64,000 bases of DNA from Nitrospirota bacterium (GTDB lineage Bacteria > Nitrospirota > JACRHJ01). Under the pieces are notes generated by a model that had not been told where the DNA came from, did no database searches, and saw only the letters and a list, made by a program, of their open reading frames with translations. Shown one piece after another: positions 1 through 10,369 of this stretch (the stretch's first letter is position 1; every line of letters starts with the position of its first letter). The stretch is from the NCBI GenBank assembly GCA_963698885.1, contig CAVOSJ010000002.1:369169-433168 (forward strand), in the 5' to 3' direction. The translations under genes were made by a program, and so were the position numbers.

Positions 1-1068
1 TTAATCGGCCTTATCGAGGGCGTTGCGGAGTCCACCGCCAGCATCCTCAAAATTTTTTCCGGCTGGCTGTCGGACAGGTTAGGCAAGCGAAAGGGCCTGA
101 TGGCGGGCGGTTACGGCTTATCCACCTTGAGCCGCCCCATAATCGCGCTCGCTACCGGCTGGCATGTAGTGCTGGTGGGGAGGTTCCTGGACCGGGTCGG
201 CAAGGGAGTGCGCACCGCGCCCAGGGACGCCATCATAGCCGAGTCCACCGAAGCTTCCCGTTACGGCGCGGCCTTCGGCTTCCACCGCGCGATGGATACG
301 TTCGGAGCGGTTATCGGCCCCGCGACGGCGTTCTTCCTGCTGGAGGCCTTCTCAGGCGACTTCCGCAAGGTCTTCTGGGTCTCGATGATACCGGCTGTTA
401 TCGCGGTCGTCGTCATTATCCTTTTCATTAAGGAGAAAAAACTTAAGCCCAGGGGAAACGCAGCTCCGCCCAAGTTTTCCTGGAGCGTCTTAAGCGGCAG
501 GTTCAGGTTCTACGTCATAATCGTGACCATATTCTCCATCGGCAACTCAAGCGACGCCTTCCTTATCCTGCGCGCGCAGGGGGTGGGCATCAGGCCGCTG
601 ACAATCCCCATCGTGTATATGGTGTACAATACGATTTATTCGCTGACTTCGATGCCCGCCGGGATCGCGGCGGACAAGTTCGGCAGGAAGCGCATAATCC
701 TGATCGCGTTTTTCATGTTCGCGGCAATCTATTACGGGTTCGCGAGGTTCGCGGATATCCGGAGCGTATGGCTGCTCTTCGGCGCGTACGGCCTCTTCAT
801 GGGCATGACGGACGGCATACAGAAAGCCTATTTAGCGGAGGTGATACCGAAGGAGTTCAAGGCGACCGCCTTCGGGATATACAACATGGCGGTGGGCCTG
901 GCGCTTCTCCCGGCGAGCCTCATCGGCGGCTGGCTCTGGGACCACGTCTCCCCCGCCGCGACGTTCTATTACGGCGCGATAATGGCGCTCGTCTCGGCTG
1001 GCGCTGTTTATTATATATATAATTGTTTATGGGAAGGGGAACAGGAAAGCGGCTGTTTAAGGAAATAA
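1..1068 (+). CDS. MFS family transporter, 5' end outside the window
   Basis: Frame 1 is open from base 1 (LIGLIEGVAESTASILKIFSGWLSDRLGKRK...). Multiple hydrophobic helices and MFS-like loop motifs (GRFLDRVGKG, PRDAII). Stop at 1068, then a hairpin with T-run. Confidence 0.7.
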   Translation, partial: LIGLIEGVAESTASILKIFSGWLSDRLGKRKGLMAGGYGLSTLSRPIIALATGWHVVLVGRFLDRVGKGVRTAPRDAIIAESTEASRYGAAFGFHRAMDTFGAVIGPATAFFLLEAFSGDFRKVFWVSMIPAVIAVVVIILFIKEKKLKPRGNAAPPKFSWSVLSGRFRFYVIIVTIFSIGNSSDAFLILRAQGVGIRPLTIPIVYMVYNTIYSLTSMPAGIAADKFGRKRIILIAFFMFAAIYYGFARFADIRSVWLLFGAYGLFMGMTDGIQKAYLAEVIPKEFKATAFGIYNMAVGLALLPASLIGGWLWDHVSPAATFYYGAIMALVSAGAVYYIYNCLWEGEQESGCLRK

Positions 1069-1071
1069 AAA

Positions 1072-1100
1072 AAAGGCCGACCATTGGTCGGCCTTTTCTA
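1072..1100. terminator. Bidirectional rho-independent terminator between convergent genes
   Basis: aaaaaaaaGGCCGACCattgGTCGGCCttttct. GC stem flanked by an A-run and a T-run, between the + MFS gene and - folD. Confidence 0.6.
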
Positions 1101-1113
1101 ATCCTTCTCGATA

Positions 1114-2028
1114 TTACGCTATCCCGTGCTGTATCTTGCAGGCGCGGAGCGCGTTCTTCATAAGCATCATGTTCGTGACGGAGCCGACGCCGCCGGGTAC
1201 GGGGGAGATGGCGGATGCCACTTCTTTCACGTTCTCGAAGTCCACGTCGCCGACCGTCTTTGTCTTGGGCTTGCCTTTATCGTTTAATACCGGCTTGCCT
1301 TCGGCGTCCAGCACGTTAACTCGGTTTATGCCCACGTCTATCACTATCGCGCCGGGCTTGACCATGTCCTTCGTCACAAGGCCCGCCTTGCCCGCGGCTA
1401 CTATAAGTATGTCCGCGCCCAGCGTGTGCTTCTTCGTGTTGCCTTTCTGGGAGGTGAAGATATGGACGTTGGACGTGGTGGCGTTACGGTTCAGCGCGAT
1501 GAGCATCACGGGCTTGCCGACGATGTTGCTATGCCCGACCACGACTATCTCCGCGCCGGTAAAATCGACGCCAAGCCTGTCCAGCATCTCGATGCAGGCA
1601 GACGGAGTGGCGGGCGGGAAGGTAGGCTCGCCCAGGACCAGCTTGCCCATGTTGGACGGATGGAAGCAGTCGATGTCTTTATTGACGTCGATGGAGTTGA
1701 TGATGGACGAGTCGCTTATCTGCGCCGGGAAGGGCCGGAGCGGAAGGATGCCGGACACGGATTTATCCGCGTTGAGCTTTTTTACCGCTTCGACGACCTC
1801 CGCCTCCGAGGCCGTCTCGGCGGGGTTCGCGTTTATGTAATTGAAGCCCACCTCGGCGCAGTTCTTCTCGACCTGGCCCCGGTACATCTTCGCGCCGTAG
1901 TTGTCTCCCACTAAAAGCGTCGCGATGCCCGGCACGATACCCTTTGCCTTCAGGGCTTCGACTTCCTTGATTATCTCGAGCTTTATCTCCTCGCCGATCT
2001 TGTTCCCGTCAATAATTGTCGCAGACAT
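1114..2028 (-). CDS. folD: Bifunctional methylene-THF dehydrogenase / methenyl-THF cyclohydrolase FolD
   Basis: 304-aa ORF. Conserved FolD blocks (GIVPGIATLLVGDN, YxxxK, VVVGHSNIVGKP, PVPGGVGSVT). Confidence 0.9.
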   Translation of the reverse strand: MSATIIDGNKIGEEIKLEIIKEVEALKAKGIVPGIATLLVGDNYGAKMYRGQVEKNCAEVGFNYINANPAETASEAEVVEAVKKLNADKSVSGILPLRPFPAQISDSSIINSIDVNKDIDCFHPSNMGKLVLGEPTFPPATPSACIEMLDRLGVDFTGAEIVVVGHSNIVGKPVMLIALNRNATTSNVHIFTSQKGNTKKHTLGADILIVAAGKAGLVTKDMVKPGAIVIDVGINRVNVLDAEGKPVLNDKGKPKTKTVGDVDFENVKEVASAISPVPGGVGSVTNMMLMKNALRACKIQHGIA

Positions 2029-2038
2029 TCAAACCCCC

Positions 2039-2665
2039 CTATCCAATTTTATCGTACGTTATTTTTACTACCTTCTCTCTTAATTCCCCGGACTCCTTCA
2101 TCATCGAAAGCGTGGAGTCCCATTTCTCTTTCACGTATGCCGCATCCTTTATCGACACCAGGTTTATGCGCACGTTCATGGCGGCGGCCTGCACGGCGGC
2201 GTCCGCGAAAACTGCCGCGACCCCAGCGTCCGATACCGCGCCTTTATTCCCCTTTTCCCCCGCCGCGACACATAGCCTGGCCACTTCCAGAGAGCGCAGT
2301 CCTATCGAAAAAGGAGTCTCCGTCGCCGCCTTAAGCCCCTCCTGGATCTTTACGTCACGGAAGGCCTTCTGCTCGTCGGTATCCTTCGGCAGCTTATATG
2401 CTGCCCCAGCCGCCGCGAACGCCTCCGTATCCTCCTGAAGGAGCCGCATCAGGTCCGCACGGAGCCTCTCCGACTCGTCCTTTATCCCCTCGATCTCAGC
2501 CTGGACATCCGCGTACTTCTCCTTCCCCAGCGTGAGGTAGCACACCATCCCCACCAGCGCCGCCGCCTCCGAGCCTACAAGGGCCGCCGCGCTTCCGCCT
2601 CCGGGTTCAGGTGATTTGGACGACAGCTTGTCCAGAAAATGTCGCATCGGCATATCGACGTACAT
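2039..2665 (-). CDS. fchA: Cyclodeaminase/cyclohydrolase family protein (FtcD C-domain-like; methenyl-THF cyclohydrolase candidate)
   Basis: Start trimmed to MYVDMPMRHFLDKLSSKSPEPGGGSAAAL, the typical FtcD-like N-terminus. Sits directly downstream of folD on the same strand. Confidence 0.65.
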   Translation of the reverse strand: MYVDMPMRHFLDKLSSKSPEPGGGSAAALVGSEAAALVGMVCYLTLGKEKYADVQAEIEGIKDESERLRADLMRLLQEDTEAFAAAGAAYKLPKDTDEQKAFRDVKIQEGLKAATETPFSIGLRSLEVARLCVAAGEKGNKGAVSDAGVAAVFADAAVQAAAMNVRINLVSIKDAAYVKEKWDSTLSMMKESGELREKVVKITYDKIG

Positions 2666-2763
2666 CTTTACCCTCCATAAGGAAAATTCACTACTTGTAA
2701 CGTTTTTGGACTCGTAACGGATTTGATTTTTTAACATAATCGGTTTTCCGGGTCAAGACTAAT

Positions 2764-2791
2764 TTGACTCGGGGAGTGGGGCTGTTATAAT
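2764..2791 (+). promoter_or_regulatory. Near-consensus sigma-70 promoter (TTGACT-16 nt-TATAAT) for the secreted-paralog locus
   Basis: TTGACT at 2764-2769 and TATAAT at 2786-2791 with a 16-nt spacer. Predicted TSS ~2798, giving a ~170-nt leader. Confidence 0.5.
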
Positions 2792-2852
2792 AATTAAATA
2801 GGTATAAATATAAATTGACCCCCCTTTTTGAAGCAATAAGCCTCGCCAAACC

Positions 2853-2960
2853 GTTACTTTTCTTTCGAGAAAGAAAAGTAACACAAAAGAAAGCTGGATT
2901 GTTAAAAGCCCAAAAGTTTTTGGTGTTACCTTTTTCCCAAAAAGGTAACGGTTTACCGTT
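2853..2960 (+). promoter_or_regulatory. Cluster of perfect palindromes (GTTAC...GTAAC half-sites) in the leader just before the RBS
   Basis: P1 2853-2882 gttacttttctttc-ga-gaaagaaaagtaac (14-2-14, perfect). P2 2910-2923 ccaaaa-gt-ttttgg. P3 2925-2949 gttaccttttt-ccc-aaaaaggtaac. P4 2947-2960 aacggt-tt-accgtt. GGAGGAG RBS at 2961 and ATG at 2971. Confidence 0.45.
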
Positions 2961-2970
2961 GGAGGAGTTT

Positions 2971-3402
2971 ATGTCCGGCAAAACGGTTTTATTAGTCCTG
3001 GGTCTGCTGTTTTATTTCGCGGGCGAAGCTTACGCGGGGAACGCCTTTATAATAGAGCTGAAAAACGGGAACTGCATCGACGCGAACTCCTGCACTGTCG
3101 AAGGGGAAAAGCTGGTCCTGCGCTATCCGCTGGGCGAGGCGGAGATAGAGCTGGGTTCTGTAAAAAGGATTCTAATATCGGGGCCTTCGCCAATGGAGGG
3201 GCCTTTCCGGACTAAGGGGCAACCAGAATTTGGGCATCTTTTGCCCGTAAAAGGGCCGGCTAAATCAGCCGGGGGGATGACGGCGTCCGGCGAGCCGGTG
3301 GAGATATGGAATGCGGATGAGAAAGAGAAGGAACATGACAGGCTGATTGAGAAGCTGGCGGAGGCGGAGGCAAACGAAGAGGAACATGATGAAAGTAAAT
3401 GA
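2971..3402 (+). CDS. Small secreted protein, paralog A (signal peptide, acidic C-terminal tail)
   Basis: Start at MSGKTVLLVLGLLFYFAGEAYAG after a GGAGGAG RBS. Core LKNGNCIDANSCTVEGEKLVLRYPLGEAEIELGSVKRI is shared with the next ORF. Confidence 0.6.
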   Translation: MSGKTVLLVLGLLFYFAGEAYAGNAFIIELKNGNCIDANSCTVEGEKLVLRYPLGEAEIELGSVKRILISGPSPMEGPFRTKGQPEFGHLLPVKGPAKSAGGMTASGEPVEIWNADEKEKEHDRLIEKLAEAEANEEEHDESK

Positions 3403-3491
3403 TATGCGTTGATATTTGTTCTTGACTATTTCACAGGAGCGGTTATATTACACCAAACACGAATCATTCTTAATCCGCGGTAAAATTTGTC

Positions 3492-3959
3492 ATGCTGAAA
3501 TTTGTATTGCCTGTACTTTTTTCCCTGTTTTTTTTAGTGCCCCCCGCATTCGGACAGGAAAAATCCTGCGTCGTAACCCTGAAAAACGGGAACACTATAA
3601 ACGCCGATTCGTGCCGCGTCAAAGACGGCCGGATTTATTTGAAATACCACCTCGGCGAAGTATCTTTCGACCTGTCGAAGGTTAAATCCATAACTGGCGG
3701 AGACGGCAGTTCCAATTTTCTACAGGACAAGGGGAAAGACCAGCCCCTCCGGACTGCCCGATCAGCCTCTATGAACGCGCAGCCGCCCGAGGAAAACTCC
3801 CCGGCCCAGGTAGAAAAAGACCATAAATTCAATGACTTCTTTGACAAATACTGGCAGGCCGACGAGAAGGGGCAGGCGGAGATGGACAAGCAGATGGATA
3901 AAGTATTCTCCGATTATTTCGATGACTCGGACTCGGACCAGCCATCCCAAGACAATTGA
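3492..3959 (+). CDS. Small secreted protein, paralog B
   Basis: Signal peptide MLKFVLPVLFSLFFLVPPAFG. Core LKNGNTINADSCRVKDGRIYLKYHLGEVSFDLSKVKSI is homologous to paralog A. D/E-rich tail. Confidence 0.6.
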   Translation: MLKFVLPVLFSLFFLVPPAFGQEKSCVVTLKNGNTINADSCRVKDGRIYLKYHLGEVSFDLSKVKSITGGDGSSNFLQDKGKDQPLRTARSASMNAQPPEENSPAQVEKDHKFNDFFDKYWQADEKGQAEMDKQMDKVFSDYFDDSDSDQPSQDN

Positions 3960-4126
3960 AATATTTTAAGGCGGCAGAGAATCGATTTACCTGTCCAGAG
4001 CGACAGCGAAGACAGAAATGACTTACCGTCAGAGCGTAGCAGGAAAGGAAGGTGCAGGGAATATTTATTGGAATTTTGGTCGCATTGACTGCAAACATAG
4101 CATTATGTCGAAAGGAGAGTTCTAAA

Positions 4127-5797
4127 TGAAGAGATTTTTGATTTTATTTATACTTTAGCCGCTTTCCTGGCGATACCCGCCATATCCTCGGCTCGGGTAA
4201 CAACAGGCGCGGGAGTCGTCCCGACACTGACGATTCAGGCCAACTCTATCAATGGATCCGGTAATAACCAGTCCACAGTAATGACGACGCAAAACTTTGC
4301 CTATACGAAGGGCGCTTTATTTTTTAACGTGTCCTCCGTGGATAATTCCGACGGCGGCGACGCCGGCAAAATGCAGCAATTTAAAGCCCAGTGTCTCCTT
4401 CGCGGGTTCCGCGTCTTCCACAGACCTCAGGCAAAACCACCACCATAAGCAACGTGTTCATGAACATGAGCGGTCTGGTGCTTAGCGCCGATAATAAGCC
4501 ATCGGCCGCGTTAGGCTGCGGGACCGTCAACGGCACGTTAACCATTATGGACGGCGGCACAGAGGTCAATGGCAACCCCGACCCCGTTCAGAACATGAGC
4601 TTCACCGGCTCCTACAAAATGAATGTCGCCCTCGCCGGGTTTGTTACGGATGGTCAAGGAGGCATAATCCCACGTCGGGGACCGGCCACCTTTACCATTA
4701 TCATTGCCGGCGTCAACGGCCCGGTTATCGACCCGGATACCGGTCTCCAGACTGGCACTACGCCGGAGCCGGTGGTTGTGAACGTAACGCTCGGTGCCAC
4801 TCCATTTAAAATCGGAACCGGCGGCACTGTTCCCGTTCCCGCTGGGACGGCCAACGTCACACGGCACCTGGAACGCGAACATAGTAAAGAGCGATTACTC
4901 AGAAAATGACGCAGTGACCCTGAATCTGGTGCAAAACGGAACCTCCCTGACAGGAACCTTAGGGGCAGGGGATAAAGGCACCCAATCGCTGATAGGCTCT
5001 GTCGTCGGCAAGGTCGTTACTCTGCAGTTTACCGACAGCAGTAAAGGTGAAACAAATACCTTTACAGGCACTTTGAACGCCACCGACGGGACGCTGTCCG
5101 GCACCTACAGGAGTTCATTGGGCTCGAGCGGGAACCTGGGGCGCGTCGAAAAGTACCCCCGCAGGGATTACAGGCAGTTGGAACGCAATCCCTACGTCTT
5201 CAATGGGCAAAGATGCAGGCCCGAGCACCCTCGTCCTGAGCCAATACGGCAGCGTTATTTTAGGATACAACAGCGACGGAGGCCCGCTTGCCGGCACTAT
5301 CAGCGGCACGACCACCAAGACCGTATCGTTCTCCATGTCGGACGGCAACGGCGGCATTGTCAAATTGACGGGAACCGTCCCAAATGGCGGGACTACCGCG
5401 TCCGGCTCATACACGGACATAAAGGGCGGAGCCCTCGACGACAAAGGGACCTGGACCGCGACGAAGGGCACGCCGCTAGTCACCACCTGGGGCTTGTATC
5501 ATACGCCGGAGCGGCGGGTCGCCGGAAGGTCCAGCCGTCGTCACCCTGATCCAGAACGGCAGCAGTCTCACAGGAACGCTGAACGATGGCCAGCACCTCA
5601 ATACGATTAATAATGGAACAATCGACGGCGACGGCAATATTTCCGTGAGCTTTACCGACGACGGCGGCACCTCGACAACCATAACGAGCTCCGTAACGTC
5701 CGACACCTTCGGCACGAGCGGGGCCACCATGTCCGGCACATACGTTTCCACCGGCACGCAACCCGAAACGGGGACTTGGAACGCGACGGAGAACTAA
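4127..5797 (+). pseudogene. Large secreted Gly/Thr/Ser-rich repetitive protein, interrupted by at least 4 frameshifts
   Basis: Signal peptide MKRFLILFIL hits a stop after 10 codons. Coding then continues through frames 1, 2, 0, 1 and 0 (ORFs 4391-4909, 4794-5549, 5203-5610) to a stop near 5797. Internal repeats VTLNLVQNGTSLTGTLGAGDKGTQ and VTLIQNGSSLTGTLNDGQ. Confidence 0.5.
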
Positions 5798-5888
5798 GGT
5801 AACGGCCCTTAAATCCCATCATAGGGCGTGACGCCCCCGGCACGCCAGGGGTGTCGCGCACCGCAATAAGGGATGGGGGCGTTACTCA

Positions 5889-8299
5889 TCAAATCAAAAA
5901 GGCCGGCGAGGAATCGCCGGCCTTTCTTTTATAATTCGAGCGTGCCCCTCTTTTTAATCCACGTCCTGCAGCAGCTTCATCTGTTTTTCCTGGTCTATGA
6001 CCGCCTTCGCGGGAACAGGGGGCGGCGAAGAGGATACCGGCTGCGCCTCGGGCATTGCGGAAACGTACTGGGTGGGAGCCGTACCTTTTTTGAATACCTC
6101 GCTTATCACCTTCTCGACTCGCGCCGGTAGGTAAAAGCCCCGTGGCTGCGTCTATCTCCACGAAATCGATGCCGTCCGGGATGGTGAAGTTATCAGGCGG
6201 ATATGCCGCCACCGCCGGGGCCATGAACCGTACCCATATGGGAAGCGCGGCCCTTGCGCCCGATTCGCCGTGCCCCAGGCCCTTGTCGTCGTCATGGCCC
6301 ACCCATACCCCGGCTACGAGGTTGGGGGTGTATCCGACGAACCATGCATCCTTGTAATCGTTGGTCGTCCCGGTCTTCCCGGCCACCGGCCTGCCGAGCG
6401 ACGAAGCCAGCGTGCCCGTCCCGCGCTGCACCGCATCTTGAAGCATGCTGGTAACCTGATAAGTCGTCTCGGTGGACAGGACCTGATCGTGCGTCGATTC
6501 GTGTTCCTCCAGCACATGGCCGCTTCTGTCGGATACACGCAGGATAGTAACCGGGTTTATGTCGTAGCCGCCATTGGCGAATGAGCAATAGGCCGTGGTC
6601 AGCTCAAGGGGTGTGACGCTTCCGGAGCCCAGCGCGAGGGTGAGGTTCCGGGCGAACGGCCCAGTCATCCCGAGCTTTGTCGCCAGGTCGATGACCTTCT
6701 GTACGCCGACCTCATGGAGAAGCTCTATCGTAACGACGTTCCTGGAGTAAACCAGCGCGTCGCGCAGACGGGTAGGCCCGTAATATTCCCTGTCGTAGTT
6801 TGCGGGTTTCCAGGTGTCGTTGTCGTAACTTCGGGGCTCGTCGTTTATGATGCTCGCCGGGGTAAAGCCGTTTTCCATCGCGACGGCATAGACAAGCGGC
6901 TTGAAAGCCGAACCCGGCTGCCTGTGGGCCATCGTGGCATGGTTATACTCGCTCCTCTGGAAATCCACACCGCCGACCAGTGCCTTCACCTTGCCCTCCC
7001 AGGGGTCGATGGCGACCAGCGCGGCCTGACAGACCGGTTCCTGTTCCAGCGTAAACGCGAGGCGCTTCGCCTTATCGAACCCTTTGGGTTTAACCTCGAT
7101 AACGTAACCCGGCTGAAGTATATCCGAAGGCTTCTTCTTTTTCTGGTCTCTGCCGGCGGCCCATTTCATGTCCGCCCACGAAAGGTACCCTTTGCCGCTG
7201 CGCGTAAATATCACCGCGCCCTTGTCATCTAACTTTAAGACGGTTGCCGCCACGACCTCGCCCGGCTGGAAGGAGGATGCTTTCGCCTGCTTTGTTTCCA
7301 GAAGCTTCTCGACTTCGTTCAGGTCTTTCTTAGCGACAGGCCCGCGCCAGCCCTGCCGTTTTTCCAGGTCCCGCACTCCCGACTCCACGGCCCGGTTTGC
7401 CGCGACCTGCATGCGGTAATCGATCGCCGTCTTTACGGTCAGGCCTTCCACATAAACCTTGTCGGCCCCGTATTTCTTCTCCAGATATATCCTTATCTGC
7501 TCGACCAGGTACGGCGCGACCTCCTCGTTCGCCCGGAGGTTCTTCAGGACAAGCGGCTGGGCCATCGCCACGCTCGCCTGTCCGCGGGAGATAAGCCGTT
7601 CCTCGGCCATCCTCGTCAGCACCAGCTCCTGGCGTTTCTTCGCCGTCCCATATCGTTGTAAGGCGAATAGCCCTGGGGGGAGCGGATAAGGCCCGCTATC
7701 ATGGCGGATTCGGCAAGGCTCAGGTCGCCTACGTGCTTTCCGAAAAACGTCCGTGCCGCCATCTCGACGCCGTATGCGCCGTGGCCGAAATATATCTTGT
7801 TTAAATACAGCTCCAGTATCTCGTCCTTCGTCAGGCTCTGCTCGATTTTCCGGGCGAGCATCATCTCCTTGAGCTTTCGGCTGACGCTCTTTTCCGGCGT
7901 CAGGAAATAAACCTTGGCGAGCTGCTGCGTGATGGTGCTCCCGCCCTCCTTGAAGCTTAAAGAGATGACGTCCTTCACCATCGCGCGCGCGATGCCCTGG
8001 AAGTCCAGTCCGCCGTGCTCATAGAACCGGGCGTCCTCGATAGCCACCACGGCCTTCTTAAGGCTGTCCGGCATCTGCGAAAGCGGCACGAATATCCCCC
8101 GGTCAACCTTTATCCGGCCAATCAGGTGGTCGTCTTCGGAGAACACCTGCGTGCCGATGGGGGATTTATAGTTCTTCAGCGAGCTTATCTGGGGCAGGTC
8201 GTGTTTTACGGTATTTATCACCGCATAGCTTGCCCCGCCGGTAATGGCGATCAGGGCTATAACTACGAATACTATTATCTTTATCTTTCTTATTGTCAT
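5889..8299 (-). CDS. mrcA: Penicillin-binding protein 1A (GT51 transglycosylase + transpeptidase), apparent frameshift near 7616-7622
   Basis: N-terminal ORF 7616-8443 carries the GT51 motifs (EDARFYEHGG, GGSTITQQLAK); start trimmed to MTIRKIKIIVFVV (TM anchor). ORF 5889-7622 continues with the transpeptidase domain. The two overlap by 7 nt at a G6 run. Confidence 0.8.
5896..5930. terminator. Rho-independent terminator (bidirectional)
   Basis: aaaaaGGCCGGCGAggaaTCGCCGGCCtttctttt. The last codons of the minus-strand PBP1A gene lie inside the stem. Confidence 0.6.
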
Positions 8300-8405
8300 T
8301 CTGATTTCTCTTTCCTGTTGCCAAGTAAAAAAAGACGGTTCAAAATGATAGCACTGTAGGGAAATTAATGCAACAGGAAGAGAGAAATTGTAATCCCCGC
8401 CGACC

Positions 8406-9128
8406 TCACGGAGCAGGCCTGGCGCCCGTCGAATATGCCGCAAGCGCCCTGCGCGCGATGCGCGTCACGAAAACGGTCACGACAACCGTGGCGAGGAACC
8501 CGACGCCGTAAAGGACCCATTCGCCGGTCGTCCTGGCGCGTCCCCCGGCGCCGAGCTTTGCAAGGTCTCCCGCGAGGGAGCCGATATAGACATACATGAC
8601 CGTCACGGGCATCATCCCTATCCATGACGCGAAGAAATAGTCCCGGAGAGATACCTTCGTTAGCCCGTATGCGTAGTTAAGGAGGACGAACGGAAATACG
8701 GGCGACAGACGAGTAAGCCCGACTATCTTCCAGCCCTCTCTGGCTACCGCCTCGTCTATCGACTGAAACTTCCGGTTGCCCTCTATCTTCCTGGCAACCC
8801 AGTCCCGGGCCAGGTACCTCCCCACAAGGAACGCGGCGGTCGCGCCCAGCGTGGCCGATATGGACACTATGACAGAGCCCTCGACCACGCCGAAGATGGC
8901 GCCCGCCCCAAGTGTCAGGATCGCGGCGGGGAACAACAGAATGCAGGCGGCGATATAAATTATTATGAATATTACCGGCCCCCACATACCCAGGCCGGAG
9001 ACCCACTGAAGAGCGCCAGTCAGCAGTTCCTGGAAGTGGAGGTATTTCGAGCCCGCTACAAGCAGGGCGACGACTATGGCCGCCGCGGCCAGCCTGATTA
9101 TCAACCCCTTTTTCTCAGGTGCGCTCAT
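8406..9128 (-). CDS. TVP38/TMEM64 (DedA/SNARE-associated) family membrane protein
   Basis: 240 aa, multiple TM helices, family pattern (GxxxG helices, FPFVLLNYAYGLT-like block). Confidence 0.7.
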   Translation of the reverse strand: MSAPEKKGLIIRLAAAAIVVALLVAGSKYLHFQELLTGALQWVSGLGMWGPVIFIIIYIAACILLFPAAILTLGAGAIFGVVEGSVIVSISATLGATAAFLVGRYLARDWVARKIEGNRKFQSIDEAVAREGWKIVGLTRLSPVFPFVLLNYAYGLTKVSLRDYFFASWIGMMPVTVMYVYIGSLAGDLAKLGAGGRARTTGEWVLYGVGFLATVVVTVFVTRIARRALAAYSTGARPAP

Positions 9129-9136
9129 GACCTATT

Positions 9137-10210
9137 TCACTCGAAGAGTTTCAGGTACTTCCCGTACCCATCCTTTACGAGGTCCTCTTTCGGGATGAAC
9201 CTGAGCGCCGCCGAGTCCAGGCAGTAGCGTAGTCCCGTTGGCGGGGGGCCGTCATGGAACAAATCGCCGAGATGCGAGTCCGCGTGTTTGCTCCTTACCT
9301 CCGTCGTGGTCCTTAAGAAGCCCTCCTTTTTCTCCACGACGTTGCCGGGTTCGAGGGGTTTCGTGAAGCTCGGCCATCCGGTGCCGGAATCGAACTTGTC
9401 CAGCGAACTGAAAAGGGGCTCGCCCGATACGATATCGACGTAAATGCCGGGCCTCTTATTGTTCCAGTATTCGTTTCCAAATGCTGGCTCAGTGCCATTT
9501 TCCTGGGTTACCTCATACTGCATGGGAGTCAGCCTTTTTTTCAACTCTTCCCTGGACGGCTTGACATACGCGACCTCAGCCTTGGCGCTCCCGGCGTTAC
9601 TGGTGTGCATCGCCGCATCCTTTCCCCATACCTTCTCCAGATACTGGTCGCGGCCTGAGTTCCATCTGTAATACTTGTACCGTACCGGGTTTTTCTTCCA
9701 GTAGTCCTGGTGGTACTGCTCCGCGGGATAAAATGCCGAGGCCTTTATTATCTCCGTCACGATGGGCTTTTTGAACTTACCCGACGCCGCCAGTTCCGCC
9801 TTGGACTTCTCGGCAAGCTTCTTCTGTTCGTCGTTCAGGTAAAATATAGCCGAACGGTACTGCGGCCCGCGGTCCACGAACTGGCCGCCGCCGTCCGTCG
9901 GGTCTATCTGCCTCCAGAAGACATCGAGAAGCTTTGAGTAGCTTATTTTGGCCGGGTCGTAGGTTATCTCGACCACCTCGACGTGACCCCCTTCGGCGTA
10001 ATTCTCATAGGTCGGGTTCTTCGTATGTCCGCCGGTATATCCAGATACAACCTTGACGACCCCCGGGGTCTTCTCGAAAGGCGGCGTCATGCACCAGAAA
10101 CATCCGCCCGCGAATATGGCCGTCTCAAGGCGCGGGCCGCCTGCCGCATCGGCCCCCGTAACCATAAGAGGCAGAAGAAACAGTGTTCCAATCAATATTT
10201 TAGTCAGCAT
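9137..10210 (-). CDS. msrAB: Periplasmic bifunctional methionine sulfoxide reductase MsrA/MsrB fusion
   Basis: Signal peptide. MsrA motif GGCFWC. C-terminal MsrB domain with RYCLDSAAL-type active site. Confidence 0.85.
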   Translation of the reverse strand: MLTKILIGTLFLLPLMVTGADAAGGPRLETAIFAGGCFWCMTPPFEKTPGVVKVVSGYTGGHTKNPTYENYAEGGHVEVVEITYDPAKISYSKLLDVFWRQIDPTDGGGQFVDRGPQYRSAIFYLNDEQKKLAEKSKAELAASGKFKKPIVTEIIKASAFYPAEQYHQDYWKKNPVRYKYYRWNSGRDQYLEKVWGKDAAMHTSNAGSAKAEVAYVKPSREELKKRLTPMQYEVTQENGTEPAFGNEYWNNKRPGIYVDIVSGEPLFSSLDKFDSGTGWPSFTKPLEPGNVVEKKEGFLRTTTEVRSKHADSHLGDLFHDGPPPTGLRYCLDSAALRFIPKEDLVKDGYGKYLKLFE

Positions 10211-10369
10211 GTCTTTCCTCCGGCTAAAACCTTTTTTGCTTGAATTTTAGTATCTTATAAAATTATATCACAACGATTTCTTCGTAATCGTTCCCATCGG
10301 CACCTTGCCAGGCCGGGATGTTATCAGCTATACTTGTAATATAAAGAAGCTTTTATCTGGGAGGACGCG

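Noticed and set aside
1136-1914. Long antisense ORFs inside folD (1136-1840 +, 1426-1914 +) and similar ones inside HlyD (13314-13826 -), the kinase, RND and flotillin genes
   Set aside because: They lie opposite strongly supported genes, have Arg/Pro/Gly-rich low-complexity translations typical of high-GC antisense frames, and lack an RBS.
5889-5935. PBP1A C-terminal 14 codons lying inside the terminator hairpin, considered a sign of a false stop
   Set aside because: Gene ends overlapping terminator stems are common. No alternative in-frame stop upstream gives a better C-terminus.
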